Assembly (NCBI GenBank): GCA_001792535.1
Contig: MGGS01000001.1
Coordinates: 49,695-113,694 of the forward strand
DNA: 64,000 nucleotides
Direction: 5' to 3'
From: Candidatus Woesebacteria bacterium RIFCSPHIGHO2_02_FULL_42_20
GTDB lineage: Bacteria; Patescibacteriota; Microgenomatia; UBA8517
Shown here one piece after another: positions 25,452 to 35,852 of this stretch. The notes under the pieces are model-generated. The model searched no databases and was not told the DNA's origin. It saw nothing but the letters and a program-made list of their open reading frames with translations. The position numbers and the translations under genes were made by a program. Each line of letters starts with the position of its first letter. The stretch's first letter is position 1.

Positions 25452-26764
25452 ATATGAAAACAAAGTTAAGGCCTGTAATAGGTCTTGAAGTCCATATCGA
25501 ACAGAATACCAAAACTAAAATGTTTTGTGGTTGTCCGGCGATCCATTATGCTGTTCCCGCAAATACCCACACATGTCCGGTTTGTTTGGGACTTCCGGGA
25601 GCTTTACCCAAGGCCAATAAATTAGCCGTTGAAAACATTTTAAAACTCGGCTTGGCCTTAGGTTGTAAAATAAATTTATATTCCAAATTTGACAGGAAGC
25701 ATTATTTTTATCCTGACCTTCCCAAAGGCTACCAAATAACACAATATGAAGCCCCCTTTTGTTCAGCAGGCAGATGGGAAGCCCCGGACAGTCCATCGGT
25801 TAACATTACCCGGATACATTTGGAGGAGGATACCGGGAAACTGATTCACAAAACAGTCGGAGGACAAAAATTAAGTTTGGTTGACTTTAATAGAAGCGGC
25901 GTTCCTTTAATTGAGTTGGTTACGGGGCCAGATTTTGAGACCAGTGAGCAAGTAACGGCATTTTTGAAAGAAATCCGCAAAATAGTCCGGCATTTGGGAA
26001 TTTCAACGGCCGATATGGATAAAGGGTCGATGCGATTGGAAGCTAATGTGTCTGTTTCTACAACTAAAAAATTGCCGGATTATAAAGTGGAGTTAAAAAA
26101 TATCAACTCGTTTAAATTTCTGGCAAAAGCGGTCGATTCGGAAATAGCCAGGCAGACAAAACTTATTCATGAGGGGAAGAGAATAGCCCAGGAAACCAGG
26201 GGCTTTGATGAGGCGGCCGGCGGCACTTTAAGCCAACGAACAAAAGAAGAAGCAAAAGACTACCGGTATTTTCCGGAGCCGGATTTGCCCCCGATCCGCT
26301 TGAGTCAAGAATACGTAACTGGTCTTAAAACAAACTTACCCAAGTCGCCTTCGGAGACTATTCATGAATTGGCAAGTTGGGGTGTGTCCTGGCAAGCGGC
26401 TACCATTATTGTAAAGGATAGGGCTAGGTTGAATTATTTGTATGATGTTAGAAGCATAGACAATTCGGTAGACTTAAAAAGTATTGCAAACCTTATCGTA
26501 AACAAAAATGTCGATAAAAAATACAAAGACCCGAATGACCTTTTGGCAAGTATTGTTAAAAGTGCAGGGAATTTAAGCCTTGAGGCAAAACAAATGACCA
26601 AATTTATAAATGAAGTACTTATCGAAAACCCTAAGGCTGCAGAGGACTTTAGATTGGGCAAGACGAACGTCGTCGGTTTTTTGCTTGGCAAATTTATGCA
26701 AAAATCCGCCGGGCGTGGTGACCCAAAAGAGGTGTCAAAGCGTTTTTTTGATAGACTTAAATAA
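25436..26764 (+). CDS. gatB: Glu/Asp-tRNA amidotransferase subunit B
   Basis: RPVIGLEVHIEQNTKTKMFCGC and the C-terminal YqeY-like GatB tail. The start may instead be Met at 25454. Confidence 0.92.
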   Translation: MVKRVNMKTKLRPVIGLEVHIEQNTKTKMFCGCPAIHYAVPANTHTCPVCLGLPGALPKANKLAVENILKLGLALGCKINLYSKFDRKHYFYPDLPKGYQITQYEAPFCSAGRWEAPDSPSVNITRIHLEEDTGKLIHKTVGGQKLSLVDFNRSGVPLIELVTGPDFETSEQVTAFLKEIRKIVRHLGISTADMDKGSMRLEANVSVSTTKKLPDYKVELKNINSFKFLAKAVDSEIARQTKLIHEGKRIAQETRGFDEAAGGTLSQRTKEEAKDYRYFPEPDLPPIRLSQEYVTGLKTNLPKSPSETIHELASWGVSWQAATIIVKDRARLNYLYDVRSIDNSVDLKSIANLIVNKNVDKKYKDPNDLLASIVKSAGNLSLEAKQMTKFINEVLIENPKAAEDFRLGKTNVVGFLLGKFMQKSAGRGDPKEVSKRFFDRLK

Positions 26765-26767
26765 CCA

Positions 26768-29700
26768 ATGGCCCATTTTGTTCACCTGCATCTTCATACC
26801 GAGTACAGCTTGCTTGATGGCCTTTCAAAAATAAAGGCATTAGCCACGCATATCAAAGAAAATCAGATGCACTCCTGCGCTATTACCGACCATGGAGCGA
26901 TGTATGGTGCTATTGAGTTTTACAAGAAGATGACTGAAACCGGGCTAAAACCAATTATCGGTGTCGAGGCATATACGACTAACGTTAAACACACTGACCG
27001 GCCGGAAAGAAGTAAGGTGAAAAATTACCATTTGCTTCTTTTGGCAAAAAACTTGGAAGGCTACAAGAATTTAATGAAACTTACTTCGATTGCTCATTTG
27101 GAAGGTTATTATTACAGGCCCAGATTTGACCGGGAAACTCTGATTAAGTACTCCAAAGGTTTACTATGCACTTCCACATGTGGCCAGGGGGAGCTTGCTC
27201 AGGCTTTAGTTAATGAGTCATACCAGAAAGCAAAGTTGGTTGCCAACTGGTTTCTGGAGCTGTTCGGTGAAGATTACTATTTGGAAATTCAAAGGCATAA
27301 TTATGCATCGTTTATTTCAAGCATTGACAATAACGAGATCAAAAACTCATTGCTTACTCTTGCCAAAAACGAAAAAACAGTTAATGATGGTCTTCTTAAG
27401 TTGAGCCGAGAACTCGGCATTCCGGTTGTTGCCACCAATGATGCACACTACATCAAAAAGGCAGATGCCCCGGCGCAAGACGCGCTTGTGTGTGTTGCCA
27501 CGGGCAAAAATGTAACCGATTTAAAAAGATTGCGATTTATTGACGCACCGAGTTTTTGGGTCACCTCACCCGGGGAAATGACGGAACTTTTCTTTGACTT
27601 ACCGGAGGCGCTTGAAAACACTGTGATGGTTGCCGACAAGTGCAATTTGGAATTTACCCTAGGCCAATGGTATTTTCCTAAGGTAGCCCTTGAAGGGAGC
27701 AAGTCGGCGGAAGAAGTATTGAGGGCAAAAACTCAACAAGCTATGAAGGTGAAATATGCTAGGGCTGACACTGTTTTGCAAAGTCGACTGGATTTGGAGC
27801 TAAAAGTAATATGTGACAAAGGCTATGCCCCTTATTTCCTTATCTACGAAGATATGGCCTCTTGGGCTAAGTTAAAGACAATTCCGATTAACACCCGGGG
27901 TAGCGTAGCAGGGTCATTGGTTGCATATTGCTTAGGCATCACCAGCGTTGACCCAATCAGGTATAACTTACCTTTCGAAAGGTTTTTAAATCCATATCGT
28001 CCCTCAGCGCCGGATATTGATTTGGATATCGCCGATGACCGCAGAGAGGAAATGATTGACTATCTTAAACATAAGTACGGTAGCGACAAAGTCGGCCAGA
28101 TTTGCACTTTTGGGCGTATGCTCGCCCGGGCCTCGGTCAGAGACATTGCTAGAGTTTTGGGTTTTCCATACTCGACGGGTGACAAAATTGCCAAACTAAT
28201 TCCGATGGGGTCCCAGGGTTTTCCAATGACTATCGAAAGGGCGTTAAAAGAAAGTCCGGAACTTGATAACCTTTACCGTAGGGAAGATGATGCCAAAATT
28301 ATAATTGATTTGTCACGCCAGATTGAAGGCAATGCCAGGCACATTTCCGTGCACGCGGCGGGGGTTGTAATCGCACCCAAAGCGCTGACCGAGTTCACTC
28401 CCGTCCAGTATGAACCAAAAGGTGAAAAGGTGATAACCCAGTACGAAATGCACGCTTGTGAGGACATAGGCCTTGTGAAGCTTGACATTTTGGGAATTCG
28501 TAATCTGTCAATTCTTCGGGGTGCAGTTGAACTTGTAAGGGAAAATAAAAATATTGAAGTGGATTTGAGTACCATTCCCCTCGACGACAAAAAAACTTAT
28601 GACATGCTTTCCCGGGGTGAAACAATGGGTACTTTCCAATTGGGTGGGAATGGTATGACAAGGTATCTGGTCGAGCTCAAACCTGAAAGAATCGAGGACA
28701 TCATGGCGATGATTGCGCTTTTTAGGCCTGGGCCGATAGCCAACATTCCCAACTACATTGCCCGTAAAAAGGGCGAGCAGAAAATAACCTATTACCATCC
28801 CAAAATGAAAAAGTTCTTGGAGAAGTCGTTTGGCATTTTGGTTTACCAGGAAGACCTGTTGTTTACCGCACTTGAGATAGCCGGCTATACTTGGGAAACT
28901 GTTGACAAATTCAGAAAAGCGGTCGGAAAAAAGATACCTGAGGAAATGAATAGACAGCACGATATTTTCGTCAAAGGCTGCATCAAACATTCGGGAATGT
29001 CGGCGTCTGAAGCTGAAGGGTTGTGGAAATTGTTTGAGCCTTTCCAAGGATACGGCTTTAATAAAGCCCACGCGGCAAGCTACGGCATGGTCGCCTTCCA
29101 AACTTCATACATGAAGGCAAATTTTCCCATTGAATTCATGACAGCCCTTCTAACAGCCGAAAGCAAGGATACGGATAAAATTTCGGCCGCAATCAACGAG
29201 TGCAGAAGGATAGGCATAAAAGTCTTGGCGCCTGATATTAATAAGTCGGGCGTGGGTTTTAAGGTGGAAAGACTAAAAGATGGGAGCGATGCTATCAGAT
29301 TTGGCCTTGACGCAATCAAAAATGTCGGGAAAGCCGCGATCGAAGCAATTTTGGAAGAGAGGACAAACGGTGATTTTTCCACTTTTGTGGATTTTATTAG
29401 CCGTGTCGACGCAAGGCGGGTTAACAAAAAGGTCCTGGAGAGTCTGATTAAGGTGGGAGCGCTGAGTGAATTTGGCAAACGGGCTGCACTTCTGCCCTCA
29501 ATCGACGTCATTCGTGATAAGTTTAAGTGGAGAAACAATTTAGACCAGCAAGGTCTTTTTGGCGACGACTTGGACAAAATTTCCGGGCCCAGAAACTTTC
29601 AACTACCAGAAATTGCCGAATTTGGCGAGGAAGAGCTGCAGACGTTTGAAAAACAGTTATTGGGCCTTTCGCTTTCCAGTAAACCCATTTTCGAACTTAT

Positions 29701-30229
29701 AGGCAAGCTGGCTACATTTGTGACACATAGGATTGCCGAAATTGATAACACTCTTGACGTTTCAAACCTGAAAATCGCCGGGGTAGTAACGGACATGAAA
29801 ATAGTTGTTACCAAAAAAACAGGTGCTCAGATGGCCTTTGCTAAAGTTGAGGACGGGACGGGAGTAATGGAAGTTGTCATATTCCCTAAAGTTTACGCTT
29901 CATATAGAGAAATGCTTGGCTCGAAAAGACCGTTACTATTTTCAGGTAAACTTGACTTTAGGGAAGAGTCACCAGTAATGCTTGTTGATTCACTAAATTC
30001 TGAAGGCGACGCCCAAGCCGAAACTTTTTATATCAGAATTCCAAGAAAGACTTCGCCAGACAAGTTTGCCGAGTTGAAAAACATATTAGTAAAACACCCC
30101 GGGGGTGCTAAAGTGATACTTAAGTTTGAAGAAAAGAACACAGAGTACCCTCTGGCTATTAAGATTGACTGGAGTAGTGACCTCTCAAGAATGATTTCCG
30201 ACTTGCTTGAAGGTAAGGAAATAAGCTAA
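26768..30229 (+). CDS. dnaE: DNA polymerase III alpha subunit
   Basis: PHP N-terminus [15 protein letters not shown], polymerase core and OB fold. 1153 aa. Confidence 0.95.
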   Translation: MAHFVHLHLHTEYSLLDGLSKIKALATHIKENQMHSCAITDHGAMYGAIEFYKKMTETGLKPIIGVEAYTTNVKHTDRPERSKVKNYHLLLLAKNLEGYKNLMKLTSIAHLEGYYYRPRFDRETLIKYSKGLLCTSTCGQGELAQALVNESYQKAKLVANWFLELFGEDYYLEIQRHNYASFISSIDNNEIKNSLLTLAKNEKTVNDGLLKLSRELGIPVVATNDAHYIKKADAPAQDALVCVATGKNVTDLKRLRFIDAPSFWVTSPGEMTELFFDLPEALENTVMVADKCNLEFTLGQWYFPKVALEGSKSAEEVLRAKTQQAMKVKYARADTVLQSRLDLELKVICDKGYAPYFLIYEDMASWAKLKTIPINTRGSVAGSLVAYCLGITSVDPIRYNLPFERFLNPYRPSAPDIDLDIADDRREEMIDYLKHKYGSDKVGQICTFGRMLARASVRDIARVLGFPYSTGDKIAKLIPMGSQGFPMTIERALKESPELDNLYRREDDAKIIIDLSRQIEGNARHISVHAAGVVIAPKALTEFTPVQYEPKGEKVITQYEMHACEDIGLVKLDILGIRNLSILRGAVELVRENKNIEVDLSTIPLDDKKTYDMLSRGETMGTFQLGGNGMTRYLVELKPERIEDIMAMIALFRPGPIANIPNYIARKKGEQKITYYHPKMKKFLEKSFGILVYQEDLLFTALEIAGYTWETVDKFRKAVGKKIPEEMNRQHDIFVKGCIKHSGMSASEAEGLWKLFEPFQGYGFNKAHAASYGMVAFQTSYMKANFPIEFMTALLTAESKDTDKISAAINECRRIGIKVLAPDINKSGVGFKVERLKDGSDAIRFGLDAIKNVGKAAIEAILEERTNGDFSTFVDFISRVDARRVNKKVLESLIKVGALSEFGKRAALLPSIDVIRDKFKWRNNLDQQGLFGDDLDKISGPRNFQLPEIAEFGEEELQTFEKQLLGLSLSSKPIFELIGKLATFVTHRIAEIDNTLDVSNLKIAGVVTDMKIVVTKKTGAQMAFAKVEDGTGVMEVVIFPKVYASYREMLGSKRPLLFSGKLDFREESPVMLVDSLNSEGDAQAETFYIRIPRKTSPDKFAELKNILVKHPGGAKVILKFEEKNTEYPLAIKIDWSSDLSRMISDLLEGKEIS

Positions 30230-30237
30230 AATACCGC

Positions 30238-30606
30238 TTGATGGCAATTATTACAACACATAAAGAAGTACAGTTTGGTGTTGGGGACGCTGTCGTTGTC
30301 CATTTAGCAATTCAGGAAGGAGGCCAGTCTGCGCAAGCAGGCAAAACCCGCACCCAAGTTTTTGAAGGGACAGTAATCTCCATCAAAGGCAGAGGCCGAG
30401 GGAAATCGTTCACTGTACGGCGAATCGGTTCAGCGAAGGTCGGGATCGAAAGAATTTTTCCGCTTGTGTCCAACGCTATCGAGAAAGTGGTTGTCAAAAG
30501 GCGTGGCCGGGAAGGTGTTAGGCACGCCAAACTTTACTATATTAGGGAGAAACCTAAGAAGGAAATTGAAAAAATATATAGCAGGGCTTCAAGACGTGCG
30601 TTATGA
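30238..30606 (+). CDS. rplS: 50S ribosomal protein L19
   Basis: [10 protein letters not shown]...[36 protein letters not shown]...KLYYIREKP matches L19. Confidence 0.9.
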   Translation: MMAIITTHKEVQFGVGDAVVVHLAIQEGGQSAQAGKTRTQVFEGTVISIKGRGRGKSFTVRRIGSAKVGIERIFPLVSNAIEKVVVKRRGREGVRHAKLYYIREKPKKEIEKIYSRASRRAL

Positions 30607-30640
30607 TATTCGGGGTAAACTTTTCTGATATACTTGGTTA

Positions 30641-31135
30641 ATGATAATTGTCGGCATCGATCCGGGAACTGCGACGACAGGTTGGGGAGCGATCGAGGTA
30701 AATGGTAAGGGTTTACTTCTTCGTGGTTTCGGCTTAATAGAAACAGACAAAGAACTTCTTGCACAAGAACGGCTTTTTGGAATTTATACGGGCATGAATA
30801 CTTTACTTAGGGAAATGAAACCCGACGTTCTAGCCATTGAAAAGCTTTTTTTTGCTACAAATGCGAAAACGGCAATTCGGGTAGGCCAAGCTCAGGGTGT
30901 AATGCTTTTGTCAGCGGCTACGGCAAAAGTTCCTGTCTTTGAATATGCCCCCGGAACCATTAAAAAGGCTATAGCAGGCGACGGCAAGGCGGACAAGAAG
31001 TTAATTCAAGCATCTGTTCGAAAGGTCTTAGGTGGGAAAGTCCGGAGCGGGAAACACAAGAAAACACATTTTGACAATTCTGCTGATGCTTTGGCCGTTG
31101 CTCTGTGTCATATATACATTGAAAGACTAGTTTGA
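30641..31135 (+). CDS. ruvC: Holliday junction resolvase RuvC
   Basis: MIIVGIDPGTATTGWGAIE start and catalytic acidic residues in an RNase H-like fold. Confidence 0.88.
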   Translation: MIIVGIDPGTATTGWGAIEVNGKGLLLRGFGLIETDKELLAQERLFGIYTGMNTLLREMKPDVLAIEKLFFATNAKTAIRVGQAQGVMLLSAATAKVPVFEYAPGTIKKAIAGDGKADKKLIQASVRKVLGGKVRSGKHKKTHFDNSADALAVALCHIYIERLV

Positions 31136-31413
31136 AGGTTGCGGGGTGGAAGGGGGTGATACTTTTGAATTTTAAGGTAGGAAATGTTACCCATTATTAC
31201 GACAAAATAAAAGTGGCGGTCGTAGAATTGTCCGGCGACCTGGCGGTTGGCGAAAAGGTAAAGTTTGTCCGTGGTGGTGAGGACTTGTTTGAGCAAAATC
31301 TGGATCAGATGCAGATGGAACACAAAAAAATCACTTTGGGCAAAAAAGGTGAAATCGTAGCCATCAAGACGGACAAGGAGGTGAAAGCCGGTGCAGAGGT
31401 TTTTAAAATATAA
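31132..31413 (+). CDS. Small beta-rich hypothetical protein
   Basis: The likely true start is the in-frame TTG at 31165, 5 nt after the SD AGGGGGTGA, giving 82 aa (MNFKVGNVTHYYDKIKVAVVELSG...). No recognisable motif. Confidence 0.35.
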   Translation: MKVAGWKGVILLNFKVGNVTHYYDKIKVAVVELSGDLAVGEKVKFVRGGEDLFEQNLDQMQMEHKKITLGKKGEIVAIKTDKEVKAGAEVFKI

Positions 31414-31801
31414 AGGAAAGTTTAGTGTTACCTCAAACGCAAACCTTAAAATTCGGATTACAAAACTTGCAAGAAGTTTGGCGCTTGGTTGGCTAGATAC
31501 GAACAGAATTTATGCGGTTAGTTCGGTAAATTCCCGGTCAAGTGCAGTTGCGCGAATTTGGGGGTTGAGTAAAATTTGGCAAGAGACTCTGGGGACAGGC
31601 CCGGCATACATAATCGAAACCGTCTCGGAAAAGTTTGACAAATTAAGCGACGGTCAGAAAGATGAGGTTGTTCTGCATGAAATAACCCATATTCCCCATA
31701 ACTTTTCCGGTGCACTTTTGCCCCATACGCGACGAGGTAAAAGTAATTTTCACAAAAAGTTAGACAGGCTAATAGCCAGTTACAGAAAGAATAAACGCTA
31801 A
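31391..31801 (+). CDS. Putative YgjP/SprT-like (DUF45/WLM-type) zinc metallohydrolase
   Basis: LHEITHIPHNFS matches the DUF45 H-E-x-x-H-x-x-H-x-N-H-S motif. Upstream ...SSAVARIWGLS resembles the RWGSC segment. Confidence 0.45.
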   Translation: MQRFLKYKGKFSVTSNANLKIRITKLARSLALGWLDTNRIYAVSSVNSRSSAVARIWGLSKIWQETLGTGPAYIIETVSEKFDKLSDGQKDEVVLHEITHIPHNFSGALLPHTRRGKSNFHKKLDRLIASYRKNKR

Positions 31802-32470
31802 ATGAAAATAGTAGTTATTCATGGTGAAGATAATGTTAAGTCCAGAAACCGGCTTGAAGAGGTTTTGACACGAGTTAAGTATAAAGGCTACGATCTTATA
31901 AAGGTTGCCGGCAAGAAAGTAAATTTAACTGAAACCACCCGTGCGCAATCGCTTTTTGGGCAAAAACAGCTGTTTGTTCTCGATGAGCCGGACGTAGCTG
32001 ATTTTGGAGAATTTATTAAAGATCAAGGTGAAATAAGCGACGCAAGTATAATTGCTTATTTTGGCAAAGAAGTCGGGAGGCTCACTTTGAAATATTTACC
32101 CAAAGGTGCCAAGGTGGAAAAATTTGATATCCCGCATAAACTTTGGGCTTTTTTGGATTCCTTTTACCCGGGAAATGGCCAAGCGTCGTTAAGAATATTG
32201 CACGAGGCACTGGTCGGCAACCCCATTGAGATGATTCTTGCACTACTTGCACGGCACGTCAGGGACCTGTATTGGGTGGCAAGCGAGCCCAAAACTTTTT
32301 CGAGCCCCCCCTGGAGAGTAAGTAAGTTAAAACGGCAGGCAGATAAATTTTCCAAAAAGCACCAGCAAAAAGTTACAGCTTTTTTGGCCCAAGCCGACTT
32401 TAAGTCAAAAACCGGCCAGGCCGATTTACTCACCTCCCTTGACCTCCTGATAATTAAGGAATTAGAATGA
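31802..32470 (+). CDS. DNA polymerase III delta subunit-like protein (short)
   Basis: N-terminus MKIVVIHGEDNVKSRNRLEEV...QKQLFVLDEPD resembles the HolA N-terminal domain. Only 222 aa, so the assignment is tentative. Confidence 0.35.
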   Translation: MKIVVIHGEDNVKSRNRLEEVLTRVKYKGYDLIKVAGKKVNLTETTRAQSLFGQKQLFVLDEPDVADFGEFIKDQGEISDASIIAYFGKEVGRLTLKYLPKGAKVEKFDIPHKLWAFLDSFYPGNGQASLRILHEALVGNPIEMILALLARHVRDLYWVASEPKTFSSPPWRVSKLKRQADKFSKKHQQKVTAFLAQADFKSKTGQADLLTSLDLLIIKELE

Positions 32471-32476
32471 CAGCAC

Positions 32477-33904
32477 ATGGATTACATCGATCCTTTGTTT
32501 AGCGATAATATCTTTAGGGGATATGACATTAGAGGAAAGGTACCGGAAGAGTTAAATATTGATGGCGCATATATTATTGGGAGAGCTTACGGCACCTTTT
32601 TGTCTCGTCGTAGAATAAATGAGGCTGTTGTCGTCCAAGATAATAGAACAACTTCAGAAGAACTAAAAAAAGCGATTGTCGATGGTTTGTTGGAATCAGG
32701 AATAAATGTTATAGATCATGGCTTGGGAATGTGCTATTTCATGTACTTTTCGCAGTATTACTATCAAAGTAAAGGGGGTGTTTCGGTAAGCGCTTCGCAT
32801 AATCCCAAGGAATACAACGGTTTCAAACTAGCTGTTGGGTTTTCGGACACAATGATTTCGGAAGAAATTCAAGAACTAAAGAAATTGGCAAAGTCTGGAC
32901 AGTTTATAAAACCTAAAGAAAAAGGTAGATATAGGCAAGAGGAAATATTTGAAGTCTACAAAAAAGATCTATATAAAAGAATGCCCGTCAAGCTTGACTT
33001 TAAAATCGTTATCGACGGCGGTAACTGCACACCTGGAAAGTTTATGCCAGCCTTACTGCGTGACATTGGATGCACTGTAGTTGAGCAAAATACCCTGCTT
33101 GACGGCAGGTTTCCGCTTGGGACTCCGGATCCAACAGAGAGAGAGTATGTGGAAAGACTAGCAGAAGGTGTCAGAAAGAATAAAGCAGAGATGGGATTTT
33201 GCTATGATCCAGACGGCGATAGGATCGGAGTTGTCGATGAGGACGGTAGTTTGCTTTGGAACGACAACCTAGTTTCGATATTTGCTTTGGATATTTTAGA
33301 ATTTCAGCCAGGTGCTAAAATTATTTTTAACAACCTTTGTTCTAAGCAGGTTACAGACGTAATAAACACAAAGGGAGGTAAACCGGTTATGTGGCTTACC
33401 GGCCACTCATTTATTAAAGCTAAATTAAAAGAGGAAAGAGCGCTTTTCGGCGGTGAGCTTTCTGGGCACTTTTTCTTTATGGATAATTTTTATGGTCATG
33501 ACGATTGTGCGTTTGCAACATTAAGACTTTTAAACTATCTGAAAAGAGTTGGTAAAAGTTTGAAGAAAGTGGTTTCTGGCCTTCCTCGTTATGTTTCAAG
33601 CCCTGAAATAAAGTTGGGGCTTGAGGACAAAATCAAGTTTGATTTTGTAAAAAACGTGATCAGTAAGGAATTTAAGGAAATGTACAAAAATGCTGATTTT
33701 GTTGAAATTGACGGCGTTCGTATGGATGATAAGGATACTATGGCAGTCATACGTGCGAGCCAGAATGGTCCATACATCACCATTAAATTCGAGGGCAAAA
33801 CGCAGGAACAATATGACGAACTTAAAAAAGAGTTGGGAGACCTGCTCCATTCACACAAAGAAATAAAGTGGGATACAGGTGTTAATGTTCACGCTTTTGA
33901 CTAA
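32477..33904 (+). CDS. Phosphoglucomutase/phosphomannomutase family protein
   Basis: Active-site serine loop SASHNPKEYNGFK. Metal-binding DPDGDR. 475 aa. Confidence 0.85.
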   Translation: MDYIDPLFSDNIFRGYDIRGKVPEELNIDGAYIIGRAYGTFLSRRRINEAVVVQDNRTTSEELKKAIVDGLLESGINVIDHGLGMCYFMYFSQYYYQSKGGVSVSASHNPKEYNGFKLAVGFSDTMISEEIQELKKLAKSGQFIKPKEKGRYRQEEIFEVYKKDLYKRMPVKLDFKIVIDGGNCTPGKFMPALLRDIGCTVVEQNTLLDGRFPLGTPDPTEREYVERLAEGVRKNKAEMGFCYDPDGDRIGVVDEDGSLLWNDNLVSIFALDILEFQPGAKIIFNNLCSKQVTDVINTKGGKPVMWLTGHSFIKAKLKEERALFGGELSGHFFFMDNFYGHDDCAFATLRLLNYLKRVGKSLKKVVSGLPRYVSSPEIKLGLEDKIKFDFVKNVISKEFKEMYKNADFVEIDGVRMDDKDTMAVIRASQNGPYITIKFEGKTQEQYDELKKELGDLLHSHKEIKWDTGVNVHAFD

Positions 33905-34707
33905 TGACAGTAGATAAACTTAAGGACTATTTATCTTTCTGTGAACGACTAGCAATAAGTGCAGGTGAAATCCTTATAAAAGAGAAGTCTACATTTAAGG
34001 TCACCAGTCAAAAAGATAGACAGGACATAGCGACGTCGGCTGATTTAACTTCAGAAAAGTTTATTGTTTCTTCCATTGTAAAGTCTTACCCTTCTCATAA
34101 TATCTATTCCGAAGAAATTGGTAAGATGGACAAATCTTCTGACTTTGAATGGGTGATCGATCCTCTGGATGGAACTAAAGAATTTGTAAGAGACGTACCC
34201 CTTTTTAATTGCTCGATTGCTTTGACTTATAAAAAAGAACCCATTGTTTCTGCTATTTTTAGACCGATTCAAAATGAGCTTTACAGCGCGGCCAAGAATA
34301 TAGGGAGCTTTTTTAACGGCAAGAAGATAAGCGTGTCTAATGTGTCAAACCTTAAAGACTCGTTTGTATATTGCTATTTACCTTCGTATTACAGACACCC
34401 GGGTGGGTACGATAAAGCGTGGAAAAAACTTGGCAGATTAGGGAAAAAGGTATATCGTTTAAGGTCACTTGCAGATGAAAACACTGCGATTTGCTGGCTG
34501 GCGAAGGGTGGCTGTGAGGCATATCTTAATATTAGTAATCCGCCAAGTATTTATGATGTATTACCTGGAATTCTAATTGCGAAAAATGCAGGAGCAGTTG
34601 TTTTTGGCGCTCAGGGCGAAGAACTAACAACAGACATGTTTGGAGCAATCTTAATAGCAAACAATGCTGATATTCGTGATGCGATTATTGACATAGTAAG
34701 TGGTTGA
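33904..34707 (+). CDS. Inositol monophosphatase family protein
   Basis: IMPase motifs WVIDPLDGTKEF and the downstream WD..A fold. Confidence 0.8.
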   Translation: MTVDKLKDYLSFCERLAISAGEILIKEKSTFKVTSQKDRQDIATSADLTSEKFIVSSIVKSYPSHNIYSEEIGKMDKSSDFEWVIDPLDGTKEFVRDVPLFNCSIALTYKKEPIVSAIFRPIQNELYSAAKNIGSFFNGKKISVSNVSNLKDSFVYCYLPSYYRHPGGYDKAWKKLGRLGKKVYRLRSLADENTAICWLAKGGCEAYLNISNPPSIYDVLPGILIAKNAGAVVFGAQGEELTTDMFGAILIANNADIRDAIIDIVSG

Positions 34708-34738
34708 TGAGAAGGACATTTAGATCTACTATAAAATA

Positions 34739-35809
34739 GTGAGTGTCTTAGACGATCTTCAATATATAAATAAATTAGACAAAAGTAATGTTTATGGGTC
34801 TGTTGTGGCTCTGGCGGACCAGATTAAAGATGCGTGGACGTCGGTCAATAAATTAGAGCTTCCCAAAGAGTGTGCTTTGGCAAAAAACGTTGTCTTAGCA
34901 GGCATGGGGGGGTCGGCACTCGGCGGCCGGGTGGTTAAGTCCCTTGCCGGGGACCGCCTGAGGGCACCTTTTGAAGTTGTCAACGATTATCATCTGCCGG
35001 CATATGTGGGCAAAGATTCCCTAGTTATACTTTCTTCATACTCTGGCACAACTGAAGAAGTCCTTAGTTGCGGGAATCAAGCTCTGTCTAAGCAAGCTGG
35101 GATATTTGTTATCGCCACGGGTGCAAAACTTCAAGCCTTTGCTCAGGAAAACTCCCTGCCGGGTTACATAATTGATCCCAGATTCAACCCCTCAAATCAG
35201 CCCCGAATGGCCGTGGGTTATGCAATAGTTGCCGTACTCGCCCTGCTTGCCCGCTGCGAGTTTATTTATTTAAGACAAGACGAGATGAAGAACGTAGAAA
35301 GTACGGTAAGGGGCTTCATACAAGAATTTATAATCGAAGTTGGCGAGAAAGACAATTTGGCAAAAAAGATAGCCGCTAGACTAAGGAACAAAATGGCAAT
35401 ACTTGTGGCTAGTGAGCATCTGGTCGGCGCTGCCCACGTCTTTAAAAATCAACTAAACGAAAACTCCAAAACTTTCTCGGCTTTGTTTGAGCTCCCCGAA
35501 CTCAATCACAACCTGATGGAGGGTTTGAGAAATCCTGCAGAGGCCAAACGTTTTTGGCACTTTTTATTTTTTGAGTCGGATAGCTACTTTGAATCTGTGA
35601 GTAAGCGCTATAAAATTACTGAAGATGTGGTTAATAGGAATGAAGTCGGTTTTAGTGTCTATAAATTAAGGAGCCCGGACAAGCTTGAGCAGATATTTGA
35701 ACTCATAACTTTGGGATCCTTCATTAACTTCTATCTCGCCATGCTTTACGGTATTGACCCGGCGCCGATTAAGTGGGTCGATTATTTCAAGCAAGAGCTT
35801 TCAGTGTAG
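34739..35809 (+). CDS. SIS-domain bifunctional phosphoglucose/phosphomannose isomerase-like protein
   Basis: SIS motif VVLAGMGGSALGGRVVKSL and a second SIS-like half. Archaeal/CPR-type PGI/PMI family. Confidence 0.7.
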   Translation: MSVLDDLQYINKLDKSNVYGSVVALADQIKDAWTSVNKLELPKECALAKNVVLAGMGGSALGGRVVKSLAGDRLRAPFEVVNDYHLPAYVGKDSLVILSSYSGTTEEVLSCGNQALSKQAGIFVIATGAKLQAFAQENSLPGYIIDPRFNPSNQPRMAVGYAIVAVLALLARCEFIYLRQDEMKNVESTVRGFIQEFIIEVGEKDNLAKKIAARLRNKMAILVASEHLVGAAHVFKNQLNENSKTFSALFELPELNHNLMEGLRNPAEAKRFWHFLFFESDSYFESVSKRYKITEDVVNRNEVGFSVYKLRSPDKLEQIFELITLGSFINFYLAMLYGIDPAPIKWVDYFKQELSV

Positions 35810-35852
35810 GTTAACCATTTGCCATTTTGGATTTGCCAATTATAATGAATTT

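Noticed and set aside
35754-35852. Upstream start of the ppsA ORF overlapping the SIS isomerase gene by 56 nt
   Set aside because: The encoded N-terminus (MTRRRLSGSIISSKSFQCRLTICHFGFANYNEF) is unlike any PEP synthase. Homologues start at MTAPKIVEEF...VGGKGANLGEM (35853).
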